This document shows positions 39,660 through 49,255 of a stretch of 64,000 bases of DNA, one piece after another (the stretch's first letter is position 1; every line of letters begins with the position of its first letter). The position numbers and the translations under genes were made by a program. The notes beneath the pieces were generated by a model. The model was not told where the DNA came from and ran no database searches. It saw only the letters and a program-made list of their open reading frames with translations. The stretch comes from Thermoproteota archaeon (GTDB lineage Archaea; Korarchaeota; JAOZGF01; JAOZFZ01): assembly GCA_027492035.1 (NCBI GenBank), contig JAOZFT010000004.1:64001-128000 (forward strand), given 5' to 3'.

Positions 39660-40427
39660 TCAGTATTTTTCAAGTTGCTTGAGCAGGTAGTGGGCAAGTT
39701 GCTTAGGTTTACCTTCAAGTATCTGTGGCCTTTTTTTTGTTTCAGAGGGCAGAAACTTCTTTTTCACTTTTGTCACTGCTTCCCTCAAAGCCTCTTCTTT
39801 TATGTTTAAATCTTTAACTGTTAAAACCTTAATTTCTTTTTTGTAGGCTTTATGTATTTCCCAAGAGGTTTGGTACCTTTTTGGGAAAGAGTTTTCTTGA
39901 ATTGTTAAAAGAGCCGGGAGATGAGTGGAAACTTGAATTATTTGGTCTTGAAATTTAGCTTTCACAGTTAATTCTCTCTTCTCAATCCTGATTTCTTTAA
40001 CATTAGGTATAAATGGGATATTAAGTAATTCAGCCATTTGCGGACCTGTTAAACCGCTACGGTAATCTTGACTTGTTTTTCCGCACAGAATTAAGTCGAA
40101 ACCTATTTTCTTCATTGCTTCTGATAAGAGGTATGATTGTGAGAGAGAATTCAGTTCACCCAGCGATGGTGCATTCACCATAACTCCTTCATTTATTCCG
40201 AAAGATAATGCTTTACGCAAAACGTTTTCAGCTTCAGGGTTGCCTAAGCATAAAGCTATAACGTGGGCGTTGATTTCCTTTTGTAAGTAAAGTGCAGCAT
40301 CTATTACAAACTTGTCATATGGGTTTATGGTTAAGGGCACATCGTCTAGAAGCAATGTTTCTGTTCTTTTATGCACCTTTACTTTTTCAGGGTTGTAAAT
40401 TGGTTTTATACAAGCTACTACTTTCAT
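39660..40427 (-). CDS. etfB: Electron transfer flavoprotein beta subunit (FixA/EtfB)
   Basis: MKVVACIKP, INPYD, DLILCGK..D..SG.TGP..AELL, LPALLT. Confidence 0.88.
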   Translation of the reverse strand: MKVVACIKPIYNPEKVKVHKRTETLLLDDVPLTINPYDKFVIDAALYLQKEINAHVIALCLGNPEAENVLRKALSFGINEGVMVNAPSLGELNSLSQSYLLSEAMKKIGFDLILCGKTSQDYRSGLTGPQMAELLNIPFIPNVKEIRIEKRELTVKAKFQDQIIQVSTHLPALLTIQENSFPKRYQTSWEIHKAYKKEIKVLTVKDLNIKEEALREAVTKVKKKFLPSETKKRPQILEGKPKQLAHYLLKQLEKY

Positions 40428-40431
40428 TTTT

Positions 40432-41655
40432 TCAGAGACCTCTCTCAACTATGTCTCGTGCAATAATCCATCTTTGGATTTCGTTGGTTCCTTCATAAAT
40501 TTCTCCTATTATGGAGTCTCTGAAAGCTTTCTCTACAGGTAATCCTTCAGTGTAGCCTAAGGAGCTGTAGAGTTGAAGGGTTCTTTCAATTGCCCGTGAA
40601 GCAGTTTCTGAACTTAACGCTTTAACCATTGCAGAGTACCTTGACACTTTCTCCCTGAAGGCTCGAGACACCTTTTCTTTGTTGGCTATTTTGTGAAAGT
40701 ACTGTTCAACCATTGCCACTGTTTGGTAAACTAAATGCCTCGCTGCTTCGTATTCTATCGCTGAGTTAGCTATGAACCATTGAACCATTTCTTTATCCCC
40801 TATTTTTCTATCTAACTTATCGTTTAGTTTCACGTATTCAATCATTTTCTCTATTGCCCACCTGGTTCCTCCTAAAGTGCCTGCTGACAGGGTGGCTCTT
40901 CCCCCATCAAGAGCAGTTAAAGCTACAATGAAACCGTAACCTACTTTCCCTAAAACGTTTTCTTCAGGTACTCTGCAGTTGTCAAAAACTATTTCATTTG
41001 TAGGAGCTGCTCTAATGCCCATTTTCTTCTCTTTCACACCTACTTTAAACCCTGGGAAATCTTTTTCAACTATGAAAGCAGTTATTCCTCCCCTTGCACC
41101 TAAAGCCTTGTTCGTAGCTGCAAAAACTAAAAAAACATCTGCTATTTCTCCGTTTGAAATAAACATTTTAGTTCCGTTTAAAACGTATTCACCCCCATCC
41201 TTTTCAGCTGTTGTTTGGATATTGGCTGCGTCACTTCCAGCTTCAGGTTCAGTTAACCCGAAGGCACCTATTTTTTCTCCTTTACACATTGAAGGTAAAT
41301 ACTTTTCTCTTTGTTCTTCATTTCCAAAAAGCCAGATTGGAACCAGGCAAATGCCTGTATGGGCACCTATAATTGTTGCGTGAGCATTATCCACTCTCGC
41401 AAGCTCCTCTAACATTATTGAGTAACCTATTTCTCCAAATCCAGCTCCACCATATTTTTCAGGGATAGGTACACCAAAGAAACCTGCCTTCGCCAGCTTT
41501 TTTATGGTGACTGTCGGAACCTTTTCCAATTTATCATACTTACCCACGTAAGGAACAACTTCGTTTTCCAAAAATTCCTTCACAAACTCCCTGAAACACT
41601 CCTGCTCTTTAGTGAATGAAAAATCGAAAGGCAAGAGCAACCCTCCTTTTTCCAA
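40432..41655 (-). CDS. Acyl-CoA dehydrogenase
   Basis: FGLTEPEAGSDA, GTKMFISNG, KMGIRA, LDGGR, EIYEGTNEIQR; start possibly TTG 41634. Confidence 0.93.
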   Translation of the reverse strand: MEKGGLLLPFDFSFTKEQECFREFVKEFLENEVVPYVGKYDKLEKVPTVTIKKLAKAGFFGVPIPEKYGGAGFGEIGYSIMLEELARVDNAHATIIGAHTGICLVPIWLFGNEEQREKYLPSMCKGEKIGAFGLTEPEAGSDAANIQTTAEKDGGEYVLNGTKMFISNGEIADVFLVFAATNKALGARGGITAFIVEKDFPGFKVGVKEKKMGIRAAPTNEIVFDNCRVPEENVLGKVGYGFIVALTALDGGRATLSAGTLGGTRWAIEKMIEYVKLNDKLDRKIGDKEMVQWFIANSAIEYEAARHLVYQTVAMVEQYFHKIANKEKVSRAFREKVSRYSAMVKALSSETASRAIERTLQLYSSLGYTEGLPVEKAFRDSIIGEIYEGTNEIQRWIIARDIVERGL

Positions 41656-41677
41656 GAATTTTTCTCAGAAAAAACGT

Positions 41678-42466
41678 TTATTTCCCTTTGAATTGAGGCT
41701 GTCTTTTTTCAATGAAGGCTTGCATTCCTTCTCTTAAATCTTCAGACTTAGCCAACTCCTTCATGCACTCAAGTTCCACCTTTAAGGCATCTTCTATTGC
41801 CAGTTTCTCCAATCCCTCATTTATTGCCTTCTTAGCAAGTTTAACAGCTAAGGGTGATGCCTTCATTATTATCATACGAGCAATATCCATGGCCGCTCTT
41901 AATTCCTCACCATCAGGAACCAATTTATTCACTAAACCAATGCGATAAGCCTCCTGTGCACTTACCATTTGACCCGTGAAGATCAGTTCTTTAGCTTTTC
42001 CCTTACCTATTAATCTAGCCATTCTCTGTGTTCCACCCCAGGCTGGAATCAAACCTAAAGTTACTTCAGGTTGGCTAAATCTTGTCCTGTCTGAAGCAAC
42101 CCTTATGTCACAGGCCATGGCCAATTCATTTCCTCCCCCGAGAGTGTAGCCATGTAATGCAGCTATTACGGGTTTAGGTAGTTTTTCAATTTTAGTAAAT
42201 ACTCTATGCCCCTTTTCAACAACTTCTACAGCTTGTTCAGGGGATAACTGGGCTAAATCTTTGACATCAGCACCTGCAGAGAAGGCGTTAGGTCCTGCAC
42301 CGGCAATTACAACAGCTTTAACTTCTTCATCCTGAGCTATTTCGTCAAAAACTTTATCTAATTCGTCAAGCATTTTCCTACTTAAAGCATTCACGGGAGG
42401 AGAGTCTAATGTCACTATACCTATTCCTTCTTCCTTCCTATATTTTATTGTTTCGTATTCCGCCAA
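41678..42466 (-). CDS. Enoyl-CoA hydratase (crotonase family)
   Basis: AFSAGAD, GGGNELAMACD, QPEVTLGLIPAWGGTQR with both catalytic Glu. Confidence 0.95.
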   Translation of the reverse strand: MAEYETIKYRKEEGIGIVTLDSPPVNALSRKMLDELDKVFDEIAQDEEVKAVVIAGAGPNAFSAGADVKDLAQLSPEQAVEVVEKGHRVFTKIEKLPKPVIAALHGYTLGGGNELAMACDIRVASDRTRFSQPEVTLGLIPAWGGTQRMARLIGKGKAKELIFTGQMVSAQEAYRIGLVNKLVPDGEELRAAMDIARMIIMKASPLAVKLAKKAINEGLEKLAIEDALKVELECMKELAKSEDLREGMQAFIEKRQPQFKGK

Positions 42467-42597
42467 TGAAAAACACCTCCTTGAAAAACATTACCAAAAT
42501 ATGGGGGAAGGGTTAGAGATTAAATATTTAACCTTTTCAAAACAGGTTTCTTTTCCTTCACTTTTCATCATGAATTGATTTCAGGGCCTTTATTTTT

Positions 42598-43581
42598 TTA
42601 GGTTTGGGCTGTGTAGTCGTAAAAGCCTCTGCCTGTTTTCTTTCCCCATCTTCCCAGGTGGTAAAGTTGTTTAATTATCTGTACCGGTTTCATTTGGACC
42701 AAGCCGCCCCAAGCTTCTTTCAAGCTTTCTTGTACATGGTAAATCACGTCTATTCCTATCGTGTCAGTTAACTCAAAGGGGCCCATGGGCCAACCTGCCC
42801 CTACTTTCATTGCTAAGTCGATATCCCTGGGGGAAGCTATCCCTTCTTCATACAAAGCGTAGGCTTCGTTTAAGGCTTTTGCTAATATGCGGTTGACTAT
42901 AAATCCTGGTGTTTCTTTCACTTTTATTGGCTGCATTAGATATCTTTCATTTCTTAATGTTCTTAGGAAATCTAGGGTGTCGTCGACTACATCATACCTT
43001 GTTTCTAGGCCGGGTATGACTTCTATTAAGGGAAGAACTGTGGCTGGGTTGAAAAAGTGAATCCCTATTACTTTTTCAGGCCTGGTTGTGGCTGAAGCTA
43101 TTTCCGTTACTGAAAGAGTGGATGTATTAGTCGCTAAGATTGTTTTTTCTGGACATATCAGGTCTATTTCTTTGAAAACCTTCTTTTTTATGTCTATTCT
43201 TTCAACAACAGCTTCAATGACTAGATCCACGTCTTTAAATTCATTGTAGGAGTCTGTTACTTTTATTTTCCCCAGTATTTTTTCTTTCCTTTCTGGGGTG
43301 TAAGTTGGCTTCAACCTTTCTTTTATTTGTTTTTTCTGTTCATCCGTAAGTTTTATCCCGTCTTTTTCCTCTATTCTTTTTATTTCATTATCTGCTTTGT
43401 GGAGATGGTATTCCACTAACTTATCTAGGCTTTTTTTTATCCTTTCCAACCCTTTTAAAGCTAGATCCATGTTTATGTCCTTTAATACAACATCTAAGTT
43501 ATTTATAGCCATTATTTCTGCTATTTGACTTCCCATAACCCCTGCCCCTACAACCCCTACTTTCCTTATGAACAGAACCAT
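42598..43581 (-). CDS. 3-hydroxyacyl-CoA dehydrogenase
   Basis: GAGVMG, IEAVVE, ATNTSTL, GIHFFNP, PGFIVNR, PMGPFEL. Confidence 0.95.
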   Translation of the reverse strand: MVLFIRKVGVVGAGVMGSQIAEIMAINNLDVVLKDINMDLALKGLERIKKSLDKLVEYHLHKADNEIKRIEEKDGIKLTDEQKKQIKERLKPTYTPERKEKILGKIKVTDSYNEFKDVDLVIEAVVERIDIKKKVFKEIDLICPEKTILATNTSTLSVTEIASATTRPEKVIGIHFFNPATVLPLIEVIPGLETRYDVVDDTLDFLRTLRNERYLMQPIKVKETPGFIVNRILAKALNEAYALYEEGIASPRDIDLAMKVGAGWPMGPFELTDTIGIDVIYHVQESLKEAWGGLVQMKPVQIIKQLYHLGRWGKKTGRGFYDYTAQT

Positions 43582-43689
43582 CCTTTAAACACCACCATTT
43601 AGTTTTTGTTCAGAAAACTCCATGGAAATAATTGAAGGCAATGAATATTTAAATGAAGAAGTGAAAAAGTTGCTTAAGTAAAAATTTTT

Positions 43690-44376
43690 TCAAGTATCCG
43701 GTAATTTCTTCCTTATTACTAAACCGTGCCAAGTTAAGTCAAGGTTTTGTGTCGAAGAAGATGCAGTAGTTTTTTGTTTTCGCGGAATCAGCGTATCTGA
43801 AGGAATTGGGGTATGAATTAAGAGCTCTTTTTGTTGCCCATATTGAAGGATGGCACGTTCTTTAAAGAAAGAGGGTAATGGATTTTGGTGTAAGTAACGC
43901 TTTGGCTTTAACAATGTATAGTGGCTTTTTGTTAGGAATTGTTGACTCTTCTCCCCCCTCAAAATTTCTATGGCTTCTTTTATGACTTTTTCGACGGGAA
44001 ACCCGAGGCCTAATCCTTCACAAGATGAATCTACATAAACAAAATACTTTTTCGAGTTAAAAGTAAAGATTGCTTCTTCTGGTTTATACTTTTTTAAAGG
44101 AGAGGTTTGGACATAAAAAGGAAATGTTTTACAAGCAACGGGTTTAACTCCTTGAATAGTGCATAAGTTGTTTTTTAAAAAAACACAGGAACCATCAACT
44201 CTTCTTTTTAAGTAAATTTTTCCTTTTCTAACCTCTAAATAGTTTGAATAATATTTCAGAAAGAAGGGAAGTTCTCCTGAATTTATTGGAACCCAGTAAT
44301 GTCTGCAGCATTTGCCGCAGCCTAAACATAACCAATATTTCACGTGTCTCCAAGGAATGAGCCATTTGTTCCACAT
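43690..44376 (-). CDS. YkgJ/CxxCxxCC family Fe-S or Zn-binding protein
   Basis: CLGCGKCC, CVFL..NLCTI...KPVACKTFPF, CEGLG. Confidence 0.82.
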   Translation of the reverse strand: MWNKWLIPWRHVKYWLCLGCGKCCRHYWVPINSGELPFFLKYYSNYLEVRKGKIYLKRRVDGSCVFLKNNLCTIQGVKPVACKTFPFYVQTSPLKKYKPEEAIFTFNSKKYFVYVDSSCEGLGLGFPVEKVIKEAIEILRGEKSQQFLTKSHYTLLKPKRYLHQNPLPSFFKERAILQYGQQKELLIHTPIPSDTLIPRKQKTTASSSTQNLDLTWHGLVIRKKLPDT

Positions 44377-44553
44377 TTTTTATCCCTGAAGACACACTAA
44401 AATCATCTGGAGAGGGAGGTAAGAAACCTTTATATAGTTTTAAAGAAAACTTTCTCTCAAAAATTTTTAAGGAAAACCTACAGTTCCTCTCAATAAAATT
44501 TTCTAATATGTTTTCTTTCTCTTATAAAGGTTTAACTAAAGTAGGGGGAAATA

Positions 44554-45090
44554 TTGAAAAATAAAGAAACAACTTCTTTTATCCATAAAGAGAAGGCACC
44601 TAAGGAATTCTCTTTCGGCATAATAATAGTAAGCGATTCCAGGTTTCAACAAGTTTTAAAGCGGAAGGAGATAATTGATGAAAGTGGCAGAGTGCTTGAA
44701 GAAGCTTTGAAAAAGGATGGGCATAAAAAGGTTTTCGAATTTATTTTACCTGATGATAAAGAGATAATAATGGCTTTTGTTAAATTTATAGCGAAAAAAG
44801 AGAATTTAGACACCTTAATTTTTATAGGAGGAACAGGCATTTCCAATAGAGACGTGACAATCGAGGCTTTGGAGGAAGTTTCTGAAAAGAAAATGAAGGG
44901 ATTTGGTGAAATTTTCAGGTTCCTCAGTTATAAAGAGATAGGCTCAAGCGCCATTTTATCAAGAGCTGAAGCTTATATTTATCATGGAAAAATTATTTAC
45001 TGTTTACCAGGCTCACCTAATGCCGTGAAAGTAGCACTACCATTAATACTTAAAGAAACAGGGCATGTTTTAAGACATTTAAAGGAATAG
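44554..45090 (+). CDS. moaB: Molybdenum/tungsten cofactor biosynthesis protein MoaB/Mog
   Basis: VSDSR, DESG, GGTGISNRDVTIEA, GFGEIFR, LSRA, LPGSPNAV. Confidence 0.9.
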   Translation: MKNKETTSFIHKEKAPKEFSFGIIIVSDSRFQQVLKRKEIIDESGRVLEEALKKDGHKKVFEFILPDDKEIIMAFVKFIAKKENLDTLIFIGGTGISNRDVTIEALEEVSEKKMKGFGEIFRFLSYKEIGSSAILSRAEAYIYHGKIIYCLPGSPNAVKVALPLILKETGHVLRHLKE

Positions 45091-45552
45091 GCAGAATCAG
45101 GGGGAGGCGGGAACTTGGAAGTGGATACGAACAAAGTACTGAATAAGAACGAACTCATGAAAATTTTTAAAGTACTGAAGTGAAGAAGCTGGAGAAATCT
45201 GGACAGGAGTAATGAATCTCAGTAAGAAGGGCTGCCCTTTAATGAAGAAATAAATTGGCACCTCTTGAAGGTGCTGAAAGAAATCGAAACTATGGCATGG
45301 AGGTGATAAGTTTCCCGTAAAAATTGAGAAAAACTGGAGGTACATTGAAAAAGATTGAAAATTAAGCCTCTTTCCCCTTCTTCAGATGACCCAGTTGAAG
45401 GGTCTCTACATCTCATTTTATAAAAGGGGTAATTTCTCTTTAAAAATCTTTCTACTTAAGTGAGGGAGTAAAAGTTAAACTTTTTGAAAACTCTGGATTC
45501 TTGTTTCATGTTTTCGAAAAATTGCTTTCAAAGATTAGTGAGGAGTTAGTTT

Positions 45553-46806
45553 TCAGTTACGCCATTTTTCTTCACGGTATTTCTTGATGTATTTTTTAAA
45601 CCAAGTTTTGAGATCTTCTTGTTTTGTTCTTTCGTAAATGTACCCTACAGTTTTGTTATTTATTTTTAGGGGTTCCAGGTTTAATTTGTTTGCATCTAAA
45701 ATGGTGAACCTCCTCCGTTTTCCCGTTTCAGTTTTTTTAGATGGATGGTTACTAATTATTGCTTTTACACCTGTTCTTCTCAAGAAATTAACACCATCTG
45801 TATCTTTGACGAGAGGGTTTTTTACGTAAACCATGGTAAACCCTTTTATTGGTAATCTTTCATTTACAGCATGGATTTTTTCCAACGTTAAATTCTCGAT
45901 TAATGGGACAAAGACTATGGTTTTTTTATTTAGTGCCTCGTTTAGTTTTTGTACAAGTAGTTTAAGTTCTCTTAATGTTTTTTTCAGGGAAATGTTTTCT
46001 TTACTTACTTTCTTGAAGTTTTCAATTAATTTCTTTATTTTCATATCCCTTATAAATAACTCTCTGTCTTTGCTGATTCTCTGGTTCCTTTGCTTTTTGA
46101 ATTCTTCAATTTGGTAGAGATAGGTGTTTATTTTTTCTTTGAGTGCATTCATTTCTGAGACCAGATTTTTGTTTTCTACTCTTAATCTTTCTATTTCGGC
46201 TTCTTTTGCCTTTAACTTAAGTTCAAGATCCTGAAGTGGCAAGTTTTTAGGTTTACCTCCCCTTCTTTGGATAGAAATTTTTCTTGTTTTCCCTTTTTCA
46301 AGCTTCGCAATTGCGTTACAAATGGAGACACCACGTAAAACAGCGGCTTTTAACTCATCACCGTATAGTTTACCCTTTTTTTCTAAGGAGTGGATATCTA
46401 TTCTTTCCAATAAGTTTTTGTAAGCCTTGTATGCTTTTCTAGCAGCTGTATAGGCATCTTTTTCGTGTTGACCCCATTTATTGATTTTTAAACTGTTCAA
46501 GCCTTCAGAAAAAATTTCTAGTTTTTCTTCCTTCGACAAGTCTTTCTTTGGTGCATATATTTGGCTATTCAGAATCCTTGCCACTTTATACACTACTCTA
46601 GACGGGTTTTTCTTGTCGACAGCAATAATTAAAGGATTCCCCATTTTTGAAATTAACTGAACCACTGCTGGGAAACTGGGCTTCCTTAACTGTGTCTTAA
46701 ATATTAATTCACCCTTTAAATTAAGAATAGCTAAACCTGTTGTGTCGCCAGGGTCTACACCTACAATTAAGTATTTACTTACCCTGTTCTTTTTCAGGCA
46801 ATTCAC
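45553..46806 (-). CDS. DUF460/COG2433 protein (RNase H-like N-terminus plus coiled coil)
   Basis: LIVGVDPGDTTGLAILNLKG, PLIIAVD, HEKDA..AA; C-terminal IKKYREE. Confidence 0.78.
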   Translation of the reverse strand: MNCLKKNRVSKYLIVGVDPGDTTGLAILNLKGELIFKTQLRKPSFPAVVQLISKMGNPLIIAVDKKNPSRVVYKVARILNSQIYAPKKDLSKEEKLEIFSEGLNSLKINKWGQHEKDAYTAARKAYKAYKNLLERIDIHSLEKKGKLYGDELKAAVLRGVSICNAIAKLEKGKTRKISIQRRGGKPKNLPLQDLELKLKAKEAEIERLRVENKNLVSEMNALKEKINTYLYQIEEFKKQRNQRISKDRELFIRDMKIKKLIENFKKVSKENISLKKTLRELKLLVQKLNEALNKKTIVFVPLIENLTLEKIHAVNERLPIKGFTMVYVKNPLVKDTDGVNFLRRTGVKAIISNHPSKKTETGKRRRFTILDANKLNLEPLKINNKTVGYIYERTKQEDLKTWFKKYIKKYREEKWRN

Positions 46807-46934
46807 CCTCTAACTTATTGCTAAACAAGGTTACAGGTTTTTAAGTATGGAAGAATTATTTAAAACGTCACCCTTTTTTAAAAATAGTTCTTTCCTAAAA
46901 ATTAATGAAAGCAACTCTACTCTGAGGGAAAGAA

Positions 46935-48308
46935 ATGATTAAATTGTTTCCTAAACCAATAGTTTCTTATTTTTTGATTTATTTAATTTTTTCAGGTTTT
47001 GTTGCACCCTTCCAGTCTTATTCCTCGGAGAATTCAAATAGAAAGTTTAGTTTTTCAGGAAATGGAATAAAAATAGAGTTCTACTTGTCTAAAAATGTTT
47101 ACTTCACATCTGAAAACATAGATGTTCTGAATTTCTCTATTAAAAACAATAGAGATGACTCTGTTTTTCTTTCCAGTATAGAGTTTTTTTGGTACTGGCG
47201 CCCTATAAGGTGGAGTATAAAGAAATATTTACGTGGAGGCTCCCAATACTCCATAAAGAAGTTGTCTCTAGAGATACCTGGAAACTTAGAAACAAAAATA
47301 TATCCTTTTAGGGTATATGTTTATTTGGTGAAAGGAAATTCCTCAAGTAGCGAAATTTTCTCTGTCAAAAGCCCAGAATTCTACATAGTTGTGAGAAGGA
47401 GTATTTATTCATGCGAAATTGAACAGTTTAAGTTTCCAAAAGTTGTTGAAAGAGGATCTTCTTCAGATTTCAGCTTTGATTTGAAAAATACCGGTAATAA
47501 AGAAATAGAAGAAGTGAATTTATCAGTCGTGGTCACCAATTCCACTTTATTATCTATTAAGAAAAAAATCCATCTGAAAAGTGAAGATACACTTACCCTC
47601 GAATTTAACTTTACTGTACCTTACACTGTAGCAACAGGTTACCAGAAATATTTTGTTACTTTAGAATTCCATGGTTTTCAAGTAACAAGAGAAGGGGACT
47701 TGTTTATTTCGCCTGGAAAAAGGGAAATAGTAGAGTTAAATATTGAGTTAGCTAAGGAAAATTTCAAAAAAGCATATTTAACATACCAAACCAGTAGAAA
47801 TGATGGATTAATCGATAATCAGTTAGAAGCTTTATATACAGCGTTAAAAATTGAAGAAGAAAATATGATGAAAATGTATAACCAATCAAATTTTGGAGAT
47901 GCAGGTGAAAAAGCAAAGGAAGTGAATAACTTATCTAAACAATTAATTTTGTTAATTTACAAAAAATATTTAAGTGAGGCGGAAAGGAAACTAAATGAGG
48001 CAAGGAAACTGTTCAATGCTGCTGTTTCAGCCGGAGTACACAGGAATACCTTGTTTAAAGCTGAGAAATTAATAAATCAATCAATGGAGGAGATAAGGGG
48101 AGGATATTCTTCATTTAATCAAACAATAAACGAAATCAAGAAACATAGCTTCAAATCTCTTAACTTGTCTCAGGAGGCTGAACTGGAAATAAAGGATGCA
48201 TTTGAAAGAACTAGAAAGATTCAAGCACAAACTTTAGTTTTAATTTTTTCAATAATTTCATTGATTATATTCCTTGTTCTGGTTGTTATAGAGCTTTATT
48301 TAGCTTGA
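46935..48308 (+). CDS. Secreted, C-terminally membrane-anchored protein (Ig/CARDB-like domains plus helical stalk)
   Basis: Signal-like N-terminus, LKNTGN motif, helical region, C-terminal TM. Confidence 0.7.
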   Translation: MIKLFPKPIVSYFLIYLIFSGFVAPFQSYSSENSNRKFSFSGNGIKIEFYLSKNVYFTSENIDVLNFSIKNNRDDSVFLSSIEFFWYWRPIRWSIKKYLRGGSQYSIKKLSLEIPGNLETKIYPFRVYVYLVKGNSSSSEIFSVKSPEFYIVVRRSIYSCEIEQFKFPKVVERGSSSDFSFDLKNTGNKEIEEVNLSVVVTNSTLLSIKKKIHLKSEDTLTLEFNFTVPYTVATGYQKYFVTLEFHGFQVTREGDLFISPGKREIVELNIELAKENFKKAYLTYQTSRNDGLIDNQLEALYTALKIEEENMMKMYNQSNFGDAGEKAKEVNNLSKQLILLIYKKYLSEAERKLNEARKLFNAAVSAGVHRNTLFKAEKLINQSMEEIRGGYSSFNQTINEIKKHSFKSLNLSQEAELEIKDAFERTRKIQAQTLVLIFSIISLIIFLVLVVIELYLA

Positions 48309-48348
48309 TATTTTAATTTCCGAAATTTTTACAGGAAAAGAACTGTTT

Positions 48349-49242
48349 TCATCTATAACCTATGAGATACTCCTTTACTTCATTTAAATCTTTTTTAACT
48401 CCTAATTTCTTTCTAAAGAAATCCAGAATTGTTTTTATATCTCTTTCTAAAAGGAAATATGAACCATAATCATTTTTTGTAACCCATTGAGCCCAATCTA
48501 TCACAGTTATTTTATCAAGTTCCTCAATTAAGATGTTGTATTGATTAAGATCACCATGCACAATTTGAACAGTTTCCAGCCAAAATTTTATTTCCTCCAT
48601 TATTTGTTCCAATAACTTTTCGGGGTGTAATATTTTCCAGTAGGAGTTAACAAGCATTTCCCCCTTTATTTTTTCTGTTAATAGAACTTGTCTAAACTGG
48701 AAAATAGGCTTCGGGACCTTCGCTTTTCTTGGATAAAGTTTTTTTAAAGCTTTAAATTCTCTTTTAGCTAATTCTTTGGACGTTTCATAGCTCCAGTAAG
48801 GAGAAGAGACATTTCTTAACAAGCGGTACCTCTTTACCTTCTTAAACGCAGGCATTCCCACTTTCAAAACCTTTACTGCAACTTCTTCATCTTTACTTGT
48901 TAAGCCTTCATACACTTTAGATTCTTTTCCAACCCCTAGTTCTTTGCCTATGTAAACCAGTACATTCATTTCTCCGAGTAATCTTAAAGTTAAAACATCG
49001 AAGGCTACAGGTGTAAGCTTAAAGCCTACATAGGGTTTACTGCTTAACCTCACCAGTTTCTTTTTATTGAGATTTTTCATTATTTTCTGTGTAAGAGTTG
49101 AAGAAAAACTTGTTCTTTTAGCAACTTCTTTAAGAGGTATAAGGAGGAAGTGTTGTGAAAGCTTCTCGGCTTCCGAAAGGAAGGTTAGTTCTTTGGATGT
49201 TAAGTTTTTAGCTATGTACCCAATTGTTTTAGCAAAGAACAT
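48349..49242 (-). CDS. rio2: RIO2-type serine/threonine kinase
   Basis: N-terminal wHTH, GVGKESKVY, VHGDLNQYNI, IDWAQW, ERDI. Confidence 0.9.
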   Translation of the reverse strand: MFFAKTIGYIAKNLTSKELTFLSEAEKLSQHFLLIPLKEVAKRTSFSSTLTQKIMKNLNKKKLVRLSSKPYVGFKLTPVAFDVLTLRLLGEMNVLVYIGKELGVGKESKVYEGLTSKDEEVAVKVLKVGMPAFKKVKRYRLLRNVSSPYWSYETSKELAKREFKALKKLYPRKAKVPKPIFQFRQVLLTEKIKGEMLVNSYWKILHPEKLLEQIMEEIKFWLETVQIVHGDLNQYNILIEELDKITVIDWAQWVTKNDYGSYFLLERDIKTILDFFRKKLGVKKDLNEVKEYLIGYR

Positions 49243-49255
49243 TTATTTTTCCCTT

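Noticed and set aside
42467-42597. ATGATGA (box C-like) and CTGA on the minus strand as a possible C/D sRNA
   Set aside because: Boxes are in the wrong order and spacing for a complete C-D'-C'-D guide.
45115-45306. RBS-preceded, apparently frameshifted coding-like remnant after moaB, with a short direct repeat AAAGTACTGAA
   Set aside because: No recognisable family and no BHB structure found; cannot support a pseudogene call.
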